This document shows, piece after piece, positions 44,160-57,689 of a DNA stretch of 64,000 nt. Source of the stretch: Stegostoma tigrinum (lineage: Eukaryota); contig NC_081384.1 in the NCBI RefSeq assembly GCF_030684315.1, positions 15,600,818-15,664,817 on the forward strand, read 5' to 3'. How positions within the stretch are numbered: the first letter of the stretch is position 1; every line of letters begins with the position of its first letter. The notes beneath the pieces are model-generated. The model did not search any database, was not told the origin of the DNA, and was given only the letters and a program-made list of their open reading frames with translations. The translations under genes were made by a program, and so were the position numbers.

Positions 44160-44712
44160 GTGAATGATGCGATTACAATCCTTGTTCATCCGCCATCGGG
44201 ACGCACCGCGCCATTTCCATCCCGGCCCCTCGTCAATCCAGCGGTCCTCCTTTGGACAGCGGGCGCGCTATTTGTGGTGTCGGTGCCCCGGTTAGGCCGC
44301 CGGTGGAGGAGGGAGGTTGATTAGGCCTTCCCTCAGTCTCCCGCTTTGCCCCTTTCTCCCTGTGCAGTAAAACGCACGCTTTTCACGGCAGGGATACCCT
44401 CAGCCGCCTGCATTTCTATTTAAACCTCCCCTTGTGCGGAGAAATGTGTGCCTTTTGCAATCGGGGCTCATCCGCCACTGGGGCTTTGACAGAATCCAGC
44501 ATTGCAATCAGATCATTGGAAGGAAGTAAATGTAACTCATGCCAGCCCCCTTAGCACTAACCGGAAATGATTCCAGGCAAAAGAATCACCGAAAATTTGC
44601 AGCATGGGCGAAATCAGAACCAGCGAGGCCCTCAGCCCCAGGATGCATTATGCACAATGAAATGAATTTCTGGCTAAATCTCCTTGCTGCAGGGTGAGCC
44701 TTGATCACCTGA

Positions 44713-44889
<177 letters not shown>

Positions 44890-45494
44890 TGATGGTGGTT
44901 GTTAATGAAATACCATAAATAGTGCTTTTAATAATGAGGCTGCAATTTCTGCATGCTTACTCAACTGCAGGATTAATCTATTTTTGAGTTACAGCTGGTT
45001 GCAATGTATTGAGAGATATTTTGTAAGGATGTGTACTTGATCTGGCAACTTGTAGCAAATTATCTCCAGATCTACCACGTATTGGCTACTAACTGGTGTC
45101 TTTTAATGGGAAGGAAAGAGGGGGGCTCTGATGGTCACAGTTAAAATCAGAGAAATTTGGACTTGAACAGCAACATTTGGGGAATCAAGGACCTTGAAAT
45201 GTCTGTGTCTGTTTTGTCTGCCATGTATCTGCTTTGCCTATACATAGATTTGTAAGTGGTGGGCCATGAAGGTGAGCTTTAGGCCCAAGAGTTCTAATTA
45301 AGTGGCTGCAGGAGGAGAACTGAATGAAGCTGAACTGGCTTCATTGGGACAGGTGAGGATGATATTGGCAACGCTCAATGCCAAGAAGGTGGACCACAAC
45401 CAAAGGTTGGACTTGATCTAATGAATCAGGAAGCAGATTTTTGCTGATGGACTTTGAGCTAACTCGAATTTAAATATTATGCTTTACCTTTTAG

Positions 45495-45665
<171 letters not shown>

Positions 45666-45999
45666 TAAGAATTAGAACATGCATCACTGTGGAAATTGAG
45701 TTCAATTGCTGCTGCAGTCATATGTTTAGAACTGTCTTTAGTGCTAGAATTTCAGAAGTATGTCACTTTAAATTTTGGTTGGCAAACTGTCAGGCTCTGG
45801 GATTGCATTTTAATCCTAAAAGCTCCCTAATGTAATGTCCTGAGAGTTTTCTAGATCTTTATTTGTGTTCCTTCCCAATTCCAATGTGGAAAATCCACTA
45901 GTATGTGACCTACTTATGTGATGAATTTTATATGACACCTTTATAAAAATGTATTTACCATTTAACAGTGTTATGTTGAGAGCTTGAGTGCTTCATTTT

Positions 46000-46590
46000 G
46001 AGAAGCTAGAATATAAAAGCAAGGATGAGCTGCTTGAGGCTGTATTAGCCTCTTGTCAGACCGCATCGGAATGTTGAGTAGTTTGGGCCCCATCCTAAGG
46101 AAGGATGTGCTAGCCTTGGATGGGATCTAGAGGAAGTTCACAAGAATGAAGGGTTTGTCTTAGAAGTAGTGGTTGAGGACTCTGGGTCTGTGCTGAATGG
46201 TGTTTTAAAAGGACAAGAGGGTGAGTCTCATTCCAACTTGAGTATTGAGAGGCCTGGATAGAGTGGACTTGAAGATGTTTCTGCAGGTAGGAGAGACTAG
46301 GGCCCAGGGGCACAGTCTCAGTGAATGAGCAACCCGTTAGAACTGAGATGAGGGATTTCTTCAACCAATGTGTGGTGAATCTATGGACTCATTGTCTTAG
46401 AAAGTTGTGATGGCTAAGTCATTTAGTGTCTTTAGGGCAGAGAGAGGTAGGTTCTTAATTAGTAAGGCGTTAAAAGGTTATGGGGAGAAGGCCGGAGAAT
46501 GAAGGTGAAAAACATGTCAACAATGATTCAATGGCAGAACAGATTCAATGGGCCAAATGGCCTAATTCTGCTCCCATGACTTATGGTCAG
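46000..46590 (+). mobile_element. decayed CR1 LINE 3' fragment in RPL27 intron
   Basis: LRLY*PLVRPH...FGPH-RKDV motif remnants and CR1 tail. Confidence 0.8.
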
Positions 46591-47665
46591 TTTGCAGGAT
46601 GTGAGCTGAGAAATTCCAACTCACCAAAATACTGCATTTAACCCCAGGCGTAATACAGAGAACATGATGCGATGGAGGAGAGGCACAGGTTCTAAGTCTT
46701 CAAACTTGAGTTAAGCAATTTTAATATGCAATGTGATGTTGAGAGCTTAAATGCAAATTCCAGGCTTGCTGAGTCTCTCCAGTAATTTTTTTTGTTTGCT
46801 TCAATGGGTAGACAACATGTTTTCAACGGAGAGTGCAGTTTGTATAAAAAATCCATCCACTTCAATGAAGTTGAGTTTTGAGTACCTAATTAGATGTGGT
46901 TTGATGGTGTGAAATGTTGTGACAGTTTTTCACGATTTTAATAAAAAGCTGAAAAATGGATTTGATCAAATATTAGGCGTAACAAAGCACCCAAAATGTC
47001 ACTGACCAATTTTACTTTACTGCTGCGGTTATGAAATGCTTTTTGCTTCAAGCACTTAGGTCATGTAGTAAACATAATAGACATTTGTTTTTTTGCAAAT
47101 GTAGCCTTCAAAGTTGAAGATGTTCTGAATAAGAATTTAATTTCAGGTATCTTGTAGGTATTGAAGTTGGCAAAGCATTTCTTGACTGGGACCTAACTTG
47201 ATTCTGAACCAGATATTTGGTATAAATTGGCACACTCTTATTTCAATAACCTTTACTAGTTTCTCTAGGATTGTTGACACAGTTTCTGGGATGAGACTTT
47301 TTCCATTTAATCTGGTAGAACAGAAGCTTGCCGGTCAGAATCTCTGATCTAGATTGATTTGGAGCCACAGGTGGTGGTCTTGGAGGTCATGGCTTGGGTG
47401 TTTGGGAAATTTTTTGGAAATTTTGATACCCTACATAAGTTGTAGGGAAATCTCCAAGTCTTGTAAATAGTGATACCTCAGTGAGCAAGGATGGACAGGG
47501 AAAGAAGGCACATGAGAGTAAGGATGAGGTGAGGAGACCTAGTACACCTGGGGGTCGGGGAGGGGAAGACGGTGCAGCCCGTTGGCAGCTTTGCTTCGTT
47601 GGATAGTTGCATCACTTTTGGGAAGCCATTCTCTAGCCTCCAGAACAAATCCCACCTATAATGTG

Positions 47666-47881
47666 ATAATGGGAACTGCAGATGCTGGAGAATCCAGGAT
47701 AATGAAACGTGAGGCTGGATGAACACAGCAGGCCCAGCAGCATCTCAGGAGCACAAAAGCTGACGTTTCGGGCCTAGCCCCGTCATCAGAGGGCCTGATG
47801 AAGGGTCTAGGCCCGAAACGTCAGCTTTTGTGCTCCTGAGATGCTGCTGGGCCTGCTGTGTTCATCCAGCCTCACATTCCG
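47666..47881. mobile_element. young palindromic Penelope-derived mini-insertion with two hammerhead cores and 13-bp TSD
   Basis: 81-bp arms 47709-47789 and 47795-47875 (2 mismatches, 5-nt spacer); direct repeat cacctataatgtg at 47653-47665 and 47882-47894. Confidence 0.92.
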
Positions 47882-48933
47882 CACCTATAATGTGGTGTGC
47901 TCGGCTCTTGGTTATTTTTGGCTTATAGATTTCCATTTTTTTTCCACTCAAAATCAAATTGCTTTTGTCTTTGAGCTAATTGAACTGAATTTACTGTCCT
48001 GGGAAATTTTTGCACTTTTTTTTCCTGCTGTGTATTGTGAGCAGTACCAATGAGGTAACCTTTATTATTCAATCCACTTGCACTGAGGAAGCAGTATTGG
48101 CCTGTTATTTTAATTTGCTGTTGGGATTATGATGCTGGTTATTCAAAACCAATGGCTGGCTTGTGATGCCAACAGCATGGGTTTAATTACCGCAGTATCT
48201 GATGTTACCAGGAGGGACCCTGTTTTTCAGTTCTCCACTTGCCTGAGGCCGGGTGACTCTCGGGTTCAGACACAATCAGTCATCTCTCTCTGAAAGAGCA
48301 GCCCTACATACTGGTAAGACTGGCAACTTTTCCTTACCCTATCCCAAGAGCACTGGAGCCATTTTTAACATCCCTGCCACTGCCATGGCTTCTCTGGATT
48401 CTTAGTCATGGGATGTTGATACCACTCTCGTTTATCTGGAACGTTTGCTTCTCTAAAGGGCATTAGTGAACCAAAATGGTTCCTGTCTCAAAAGTGGCCA
48501 TCATGATCCATCTGCATGTCTGCAGTTGTGTAACCATAATGTCATGCCAGCAATAATATGAAACTGGTTAGAAAGTCTGAGAAAAGTCAAGCAGTTATAA
48601 TCCATCTGTAAACTTCTCTTGGTGCGAGAGTTCTTAGTGTTCAATGAATAAAGGCCAATTAATTGTCAAATGACATTGCACTGCACCTGTACGGAGACCA
48701 GGTTTTTTAAAATTTAGCAACTGATAACAACCACTTCTGAGCTTTCCCAGACCTTAATGTAAAAAAAATTACTCTCTGGTTACTTGTTTCCTGTTAGTAA
48801 TGAGTATTGGTAAAATTGACACAGTCATGTGCACCAGATTTTGATGGCCGCACCCCTTGCCTTGCAGACTGCAAAGATTTGCCTAGAGGTGGCATTGTCA
48901 TAAATGTAGTCCTTTTTCCTTTGTTAGCCTTAA

Positions 48934-49062
<129 letters not shown>

Positions 49063-49730
49063 TAGGAATCAAATATGGATCAAATAAGACAGGAAACATT
49101 TTAGAAAAAACTTTTTCTTTTCCAAAAGAAGACTGATGGAACTTTGTGCTTGGGCCTTGTCCATTTTACTCGCATGTACCCTGCTTTGAAGATAAGTGTT
49201 ATGATCAAAACAATTGTTAAAGCTAATTATTCTTCATGAAAGATTTGTATAAGTCCATCAAGATGGCTATGAATATACTTATTGATTGTTCTATAAAATA
49301 AAAGATCTGTTTAAAAGTAAGGTTGTTGACCAACAGACAAGTGACATGTTAAGAGATTATTATTGTTAAATGTGTCATAATTGATACTCTAACCTCACCT
49401 ATGTGAAAGACTTTCCTAAGCATGTAGACTGCAGTAAATTATACTTTGCAAGTTTCCTGTGTTTAGATTGTCATGTTTTTTTTTTGTAGTTAACGTATTG
49501 TTCACCTTCAAAATCACTTCTGTCTATTGCTGACCTTCTAATTTCTTTGTTACATCTACCAACTTTTGTAATCGTTTGCACCAAATAGGGAAGTTTACCT
49601 AAGGTCTATTTAAGATATCTCTGGCTGTTCTGGGATTACTTCTAATTATTTATGGATTACCCTTTTTAGAACAATAACACCAAGCTGTCCCTTTGAGAAG
49701 TTAACCATGTGCAACTTTGTTTTTCTGCAG

Positions 49731-49779
49731 GTACAAGACAGGAAAGAATAAATGGTTCTTCCAGAAGCTCCGATTCTAA
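49731..49779 (+). CDS. RPL27: RPL27 coding exon 4 (stop)
   Basis: YKTGKNKWFFQKLRF*; joined CDS 411 nt = 136 aa. Confidence 0.97.
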
Positions 49780-49795
49780 GTTGTATTTCAATATA

Positions 49796-49801
49796 AATAA
49801 A
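49796..49801 (+). terminator. RPL27 polyadenylation signal
   Basis: AATAAA 16 nt after the stop codon, consistent with the short 3' UTR typical of ribosomal protein mRNAs. Confidence 0.8.
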
Positions 49802-51604
49802 TATTCATGTAAAATATTGAGTATTGATGGAGTCATTAACTTACTTTGTCAAAATTTTGTTGCATTGACATTTTCAATATTGTTCTGTATGTGTCATAAA
49901 TGTGCACATTGTAAAAGCATAGTCTACCTTTGTCCATTTAAATCAGTCTATTCAAAGATAATGTTGCACACCTCCAGAATAGGTGGCATTTTAACCCAAG
50001 CCTCCTGGCTCAGAGATGGGGCATTACCACTGCACCATAAGAACTGTGGACTTTTCTTATTTTTAGGCTAACAAGTAAGTATTAATTAGAAGGCTGTAAT
50101 TAAAGACAGTGATATTTTAGATTTTTTAAAAACACTTTCCTTCTTGGAGAAAAATAAATGGAGGGGAAAATAGTACGACTGATTTGTTTTTAAGAATTAT
50201 CCACAAATTCTGTAGCTACCGCCTTTAATCTGTTTGGGCAACTACGAGTGTAATTGAGATTGCAGAAAGCCAAACAATACTTGGTTCGAAAAGAGCATGA
50301 TTTATAGATAGACAGTCAGTCCATGTTGGGTTTTATAAATTCCTACTTTAGAAATAGTCAGTCTGACTTCAAATTAAAGCACAATCAGTGCATCAAGGCC
50401 TCATGCCTAACATGCATTTTCTGACCTAAAATGTCACCTCCTCTTTATACTGATAAAACTTTTTATTTGTTCTCTGAAAGGAATTTGGGAATTTACATAT
50501 ACGTATTAACCAATTAAAACCTTCAAACTGATTTATTGGAATCAACTTGTTCAAACGTGACACATTTCCTTGACAGAGGGGAGTTAAACCTGAACTTGTG
50601 GCCAACAGGGATGCAATCGCTGCCACAACCTGGTGAGTGGTCCAGATAGGGGCAATGGGAAGGAACTGTAAGTATCAAAGCCTGAGGATGAAGTTAATTG
50701 GCAAAACAAACAATAGGAGCTAAAATAAAATTGTGCAGGAAGTAGATAGGATCTGGAATATATACTGTCCGTGTGTTTGATCCCAATTCACTTGTAGCAT
50801 TCAGAAGGACTTGTGGTCTTCATCTGAAAAGAAAAATAAACTTGCAGCATCACAGGGCAAAGTTGGAGTAGCACATGCAAACTTGCCCTTGAGAATGGAC
50901 ATGGAAGGGGATTGAATGACCTGCACTGTCACCATTCTATGATTCTATAAATGGCCACCATCCACTCAACATACTTTTCTAGATTAATCTGATTTAAGTA
51001 TGACTGTTTTCAAAAACCTAAACTAGTTGAAAGTTATTGTGACCTGCTGTTGATTGATGTATATTTGTTTAACCTGGTCTTATGTGGCACATTCTTATTT
51101 TTCAATACCAGTGCTGCTTTCTATCAAGATTTCATGGAAAGTTGTTAATTGACTTAATGAAGTAATCTTAAACTGAAATTGCAGTACTTATACGTAGTGC
51201 TCCTGTTTCCTGAGAGAAAGAACATTCACCCAATGGGTCGTGAAAATCTGGAACTTGCTGCCTGTTAGGCTGGTAGAAGGCAGAAACCTTCATAATATTT
51301 AAGAAGCATTTAAATGTGCACTTGAGATGCCAAGGCATACAAGGTTATGGGCTAAGTGCTGGAAAACATGAATAGCTGGTGGTTTTTAACTGCCATGGAT
51401 GCAACGGGCTGAAGGGCCTTTTTTAATGTGCTGTAGATCTTTGTGATTCTGACACATTGGAAATGGAATACCAGTGTAATAAATTCTAACAGGTTCCATT
51501 GTTACATTTACCTACTGCCCTTCTGAGTAAAATTCCTGAACATCTTGTGTTTTTAATTGTCTGTTGCAATCAGCTAGTTACTCACTATGATCGTGATGTT
51601 GAAC

Positions 51605-51945
51605 CATAGAACCCCTACCATTTGGAAAGAGGCCATTCAACCTATCAAGTCTGCACCAACTGTCCACAGAGCACACCCACCCAGATCCTTACTCAATCCC
51701 TCTAACCTTGCATTTGCCATGGCTTACACAACTAGCACGCACAATGCGAGACACTGCAGGGCAATTTAGCAAGGGCAAATCCATCTAATCTATACATTTT
51801 TGGACAGTGGGTGGAAACGGGAGCACCTGGTGGAAATCTGCATTGTCCTGGGAAGAGCATGTCAACTCCACACAGTCGCCCAAGGCTGCAAACCTGGGTA
51901 TCTGGTTCTGTCACGGAGCAGTACTAACCATTGAGTCACCGTGCT
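51605..51945 (-). mobile_element. HE1-type V-SINE (older copy)
   Basis: Similar to 15095-15421 along its length. Confidence 0.8.
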
Positions 51946-53479
51946 AATCGAGAATTCCCCATGCTAAAACTAGTTGCTGGAGAAACTCAGCAGATCTGGC
52001 CTCATCTGTGGAGTGAACACAGTTAACATTTTGAATCCAGTGACTTACCCATTTGTGCTTCTTGTGCTATTTTAAGACTGAAGCATAAAAGACAAGAGCT
52101 AGGAGCACTAACTGGAGATGACAAGGTCTTCAATGCAAAAAGGATTGAAACTGAACCTAGGATTTGGTGCAGGTGAGGAAAGAAGTAGTGATTTTTATAT
52201 ATTTTTCTTCAACCTCCTGTAGCTGGTGAATGTTCAAAGGTATTAATTAGGTTAGTAACTCAGTGCTTGTAAGTTTTGAGATTTAATCACTAAATAGGGT
52301 CAGTAACTTTAAAACAACACTGAGGAGATACCCGTATTAAATGTATAGCTTAACTTGTTAAACTTTAAAATAATTATAAACTGTTGTCAAGGGGCACTTC
52401 TAAGCTTGGAGCTTAATTATTTAAATCCAACACAACTGAGATGGCAGAACACAATGCAGCCTGAGAATGTGGGAGTGGGTGGCCACCTGTGTGATCCAGA
52501 GTAACAACATGCAGTAAGTGTGTGGAGTATGAGAAACATTGGATCACAGTGGGTCAGAGTCAACTTGTCAGACATTGCCATGCATAAGGGTTATTTCTTC
52601 AGATCTTTGTGGTACCTGCTGTAGGTTGTCTGAGTTTCCACAGTAAGGGGGCCTGGAGATCACTGCCACCCAGTCAACCATGTCCTTACAAGGTTTCATT
52701 ACTCACTCAGGGATGTAGGCATTGCTGGCTGGTCCAGCATTTGTTGTCCATCCCTATTTGCCCTTGAGAAGGTAGAGGTGAGCTGTCTTCTTGAACTACT
52801 GCAGGCCATTTGTTGTTGGCAGACACACAGTGCCTTTAAGGAGGAAGTTCCAGGATTTTGATCCAGCAGCACTGAAGGAACAGTGATATATTTCCCACAC
52901 TGGAGAGTGAGTGACTTGGGTTTGATATAGGTGACTTAGTATTAGATGATAATACCATTTTGAAAGTCCTTTATTGAATGATTATAGTCGTCATTCATAT
53001 TGATGAGATGTATGAAATAATTCATACCAAAGCAAGCTAGAAAATGTACCCAGCATTTTTGAAGCAAGTGGGATATTTAGTTCAGTTAATGCTAGAATAG
53101 TACAGTACAGAAGAAAGTCATTTGGCCCTTTTGAGTCTGCATAGGTTTCTTTTTAGATAAACTCAGTCCAATTGCAGTGCCTTTCTCTCTGCTTACCCCT
53201 GCATATTTTCTACTTGAAATATTTATTCTAGTTTCTTAAATTTCTACCATTGAAATTATATCCTGTCAGGTAGTGTACTCCTAGCTACTTGTTCCACCAA
53301 ACAGCTTCTTCCTTGATAAATAGTAATGAATTAGATTTTTAAAAAATTAAATGTGAAATTGACAAATCTATACCGCCCAAAGGTGTGGAAGGATGTGGAA
53401 CTTCAGCAGGATATACTGACATCAGCCAGGTAAGACATGTTTGGGGACGCTCAATGGCTGACTGTTTCCATAGAGTTAA

Positions 53480-53915
53480 TATAATAAAGGGTCACCAGTC
53501 TAATTCCTGGGAGGGCTAGTTTGTGCCATGAGGAAGAGACTGAGGTCGCTGAGCCTGTATTAGCTGGAGTTTGGACGAATGAGAGGTGATGTTATTGAAC
53601 GTTATAAAGTTCTTAAGGAGCTAGACGGTGTACATGCTGGTTGTCTTGGGTGGGACATTTAGAACCAGTAAACACAGCTTCAAAATAAGGGGAAATCATT
53701 TAAGGCTGAGGTGAGGAATTTCTTCACCATGCACTATGGCAGCTCAGTCTTTGAGTGTGTGTTCAAGACAGAATTTGACAGATTGCAAATTATTAATGGA
53801 ATCGTGGGATCATTGGGGATAACATGACAAAATGGAGCTGAGATGATGATCAGATATGATCTAGAATAGTGGAGCGGGCGTGAGGGGCTGAATGGCCTCC
53901 TCCGCTGTCTTTCAT
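53480..53915 (+). mobile_element. decayed CR1 LINE 3' fragment
   Basis: RMRGDVIERYKVLKELD-like motif and tail ggggctgaatggcctcctcc. Confidence 0.7.
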
Positions 53916-54179
53916 GTCTTCTTTGGTTCTTTTCCTAATAATCTGAACTGAAATCCTTTGGTTCTGACCCGACAAACCTCTACTTATTCTTCGTACCTTT
54001 AAACAGAAGAAGTGGCCTTGCAGGGGCTGTGAGAAATCATTATCACAGGTTACAGAGATGGGGGTGACATCAGTAACGCGTGCATGAAATAGTATGCTGG
54101 GCACTGAGAGGACATCTAGATTTAAATCTCCAGCCACCTTCTGGCCTTTCACTTTGCGCTCTCGGATACTTGTCACCGT

Positions 54180-54287
54180 ACTGCAGCGCAGCTAAGTTTC
54201 GGGTTCCCGTACGACGGGTGATGTCAGGCTGGAAGTCGGAAGTGACCAGAGCTCCTTCTCTTCCCTGCTCTATGGGCTGATTTCATG
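54180..54287 (+). promoter_or_regulatory. promoter and first exon of a probable interferon-induced gene (IFI35 by synteny)
   Basis: ISRE-like agtttcgggttcc (about 54195-54207), tandem ETS ggaagtcggaagtg (about 54231-54244), CpG retention, strong donor catg|gtaaga at 54287. Confidence 0.6.
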
Positions 54288-54544
54288 GTAAGATCTTGGG
54301 GTCTCCCCGCCTCTTTCTCCTCGACTCATGAATAATGAAAAGTTTGGCAAAAAAAAAGGCAGTTAGTACCTTTCATTCAGTAAACACCGCAAAACCTAGG
54401 CGAAAGTTAAAAGAGGCAATTAACTTTTTTTTCATTGGGGTGGAGGTGTTGGTGTGTGATCCTATGTTCTGCATTGAGGGAGGAAATTTTAATTTTGGGG
54501 TACGGATGTCAGCAAGCGATGATGATTTCGACTTGCTTGCCAAT

Positions 54545-54561
54545 GAAACGAAAGTGAAAGT
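54545..54561 (+). promoter_or_regulatory. tandem IRF-binding element/ISRE in first intron
   Basis: gaaacgaaagtgaaagt contains three GAAA cores, including a consensus GAAAGTGAAAGT. Confidence 0.65.
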
Positions 54562-54965
54562 AATGGTTTTCATGTCTTAGTGGATAAAATGTACGAGTTG
54601 TGAAAGTTAGTTAAATATATTTCCGATGGTGATTATTTGAATGTTACATTTTGTAACCTCCGCGTGTTTAAAGTTGAAAACAAAGGTAATAAATAAACAC
54701 GCTGCCACGTTATTTACCGTGGGGGCGATGTTCAGGTTTGTTTTACTTCACAGTGTATTTCATTGTTAAAATCGTAAATGCCCTTTGTGACGTTTAAAAT
54801 AAAACACGGTCAAAGAATAATCTCTGGAGTTTTGACATCCTCCTTGAGGTGTTCTCTCGCCCCTTCCACACTACGTATCCATTTTAATTCCTGTATTTTT
54901 GTTCACTCTATCTCTCTACTTCCCTCACCCATTCACCGTAACCTATTCCCCACAAACAGACAAAT

Positions 54966-55096
54966 GTCTGATGAAGGGTCTAGGCCCGAAACGTCAGCTT
55001 TTGTGCTCCTGAGATGCTGCTGGGCCTGTTGTGTTCATCCAGCCTCACATTTTATTGTCTTGGAATTCTCCCGCATCTGCAGTTCCCATTATCTCT
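54966..55096 (+). mobile_element. Penelope-like terminal repeat with intact hammerhead core
   Basis: ctgatgaagggtctaggcccgaaacgtcagc...gcatctgcagttcccattatctc. Confidence 0.85.
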
Positions 55097-55811
55097 CATC
55101 TGCAAACCTTATTTCAGTACTCACATGTAAACACCTGCATTAAGGCTCTTGTGGCACAGTGGTATGTCCCTACCTTTGAGCCTGGGGACCTAGGTTTGTC
55201 CCACCCTTCTCCAGACTTGTGTAAAAACATCTCTGAGCAGTTTGGTTAGAATTTGTGCTGTCTGGATAATGTTACCATTCCTGAAGAGAATTATAACTTT
55301 GAAAATAGTTAATAGTTGTAAAAATGACATGATTTCATTTGTTAAATGATGGATGCAGATGCGATTACAACGTTTAAAAGATATTTGGATAAGCGTATGA
55401 ATAGGAAACAGTTGGAGGGATATGGGCCAGAAGCAGGCAGGTGGGACTAGTTTAGTTTGGGATTATGTTCAACATGGACTGTTTGGATCAAAGGGTCTGT
55501 TTCCATGCTGTATGACTCTATGACTCTGCGATGTTTACTGCAACAAACCAAAAATACTATAACTAACCATTCATTTTGCAGGCAATTTATATGTAAAGCT
55601 ATAGGACAGAATGTTTGACAATACTGAAAAATCCCGTTACGAGGTATCTGTTATACTATGCTTTAACTAGAAATTCAGTTATCCCCAAATTAATCCAAAA
55701 TGGTTCTTGGCTCCTGCGAGTATATTTCTTTTCCTTTCCCAGCATGGAAGCTTTAAGCTCCAGAACTGTCATTCTCAATGAGTTTACCTGCAAACATCTT
55801 CCTCCAACTAA

Positions 55812-55963
55812 AGAGATAACGAGGTGTAGAGCTGGATGAACACAGCAGGCCAAGCAGCATCAGAGGAGCAGGAAAGCTGCTCCTCTGATACTTGGCCTGC
55901 TGTGTTCATCCAGCTCTACACCTTGTTATCTCAGATTCTCCAGCATCTGCAGTTCCTACTATC
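55812..55963. mobile_element. Penelope-derived fold-back mini-insertion lacking the hammerhead core, 15-bp TSD
   Basis: tcttcctcca(a/g)ctaa at 55797-55811 and 55964-55978; opposed arms meet at gagcaggaaagctgctc. Confidence 0.85.
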
Positions 55964-57689
55964 TCTTCCTCCAGCTAACGTGAGGCAAACCTTGAAGCTC
56001 TGTTTCAACTCTCCATAAATATGATCCTTTCAGTCTGAATGGGAGCTATCAGTTACATTTCCTGCACAGTGAACCATGGGTCCTGGAGCTATAGTGCCCT
56101 CCCTACCTGGATCCTGACAGTCAATTGTATTTATGTGTTTTCAGGGGTATCTTAGAAACCCCTCTCCTCTCAAAGCCCATTTCTATAGAATATGAATCAT
56201 GTGGGTGTTGTGTCCAGATTTTCTTGAGAGCTCAAGTTTGGAAGTAAATGGACAATTTGAAGTACAATTATTTACAACCCAGCATTCTCAGTCCTTTCTC
56301 GGGACTTTGGACATCCATTGTTAGCACACAGGCTGCTGCCATTATCTCCCAAATATACAGACTCTGTACCTCCTTCTCAGTAAAGGATCTGTGGTCGTTT
56401 ATCTGTTAAAAATTCAAACCAACCAGGTTATCTGTCAGACAGACTTCATGACTGGTCACACAACGTGTTTAATTTAACTTCAAAGAATTAATCCAAAACA
56501 TAACAATGTTACAAATGTTGTCACACCACTCTGTGATCAGAATCAAGCTCTGCTACTCGTGGAGTCATCACAAACGTTTAAGAAATATACAGTGATTGCC
56601 CAATTTACCTGATTTTCAGACCCAGATTGATGGAAAGCACAGACTAGGTTACTACTCTTAACAACAAAACAATTCATTATATGTATCTGCACTCTAACTA
56701 CAGATAAACTGTTAAAATTCTAAACCCCTTGGAAACTTTCTCTTGCACTCACACATAAAACCACACCCACATGTGCACTCAGAAACAGATAAGAAACATG
56801 AGGGTTATAGTTGGAAGGATCACTATGAAAGGAGTTCAGTAGTTCCTGTTCTCAATTGCTGAGATGATTTGTACATTTCTTGTGCTGGCCAGAATGATGC
56901 TTTTTACTTGACCTTCTCTGAATGCTTCCAGTGAGTTTGCAAGAGACACAGGGTGGCTGGTATTCCACTAAAAGACCTCTGATTTATTAGCCTATAGCAA
57001 CTGCTCAGTGAAAGGTAAATTGCTTTTCTTCAGGTTGTCAGAAGGACGTGAGAAGGTCCAGAGGAGATTCACCAGAGTGTTGCCTGGGATGGAAAGTCTC
57101 AGTTAGAAGGAGAGACTGGATAGGCTGGGTTTGTTTTCTTCGGAGCAGTGGAAGCTGTGTAGTGGTCTAACTGAGAAATACAGTCGTTACTGGCATAGAC
57201 ATGGTTGATGAAGGCCTGTTTCTATGCTGTGTGCCTCTGTTGATAGGGCTTGCTGTGGAGAACAGAGAGGGAGCTCCTAAGTTGATGGTGGTCTGAAGAC
57301 CTCCATCCATCTTGTTGACTATCTCAAACTGTTCAGCTACTTGAGAATCAATCATGCAGTTGTTGGCAGGCAGAAGATCTTTATCGTTGGTAATTGGTCA
57401 TTAGCCCACAATCCAGTCCGCTTCTTGTTGCCAACCAAAACTCCATTTGAAATTCCAGAGAATTTTGCAGCACATACCACTTGCAAACCTGGCAAGCAGA
57501 AGAGTGTAAAACCCCTCTCTCTCTAAGAATGAGAATATCCTGGTGTGTGAGGTTTAAAAACTCACTTTGGCCGTGCTTGGTTTGCTGTATATTTTGTTAG
57601 AAACGAAGAAAGAATAATCATTTTACTTTGCAATCGTATAACATCAGTCGTCTCTGCAAGACTTACTAGGGGTAATATCCTGATCTGAA

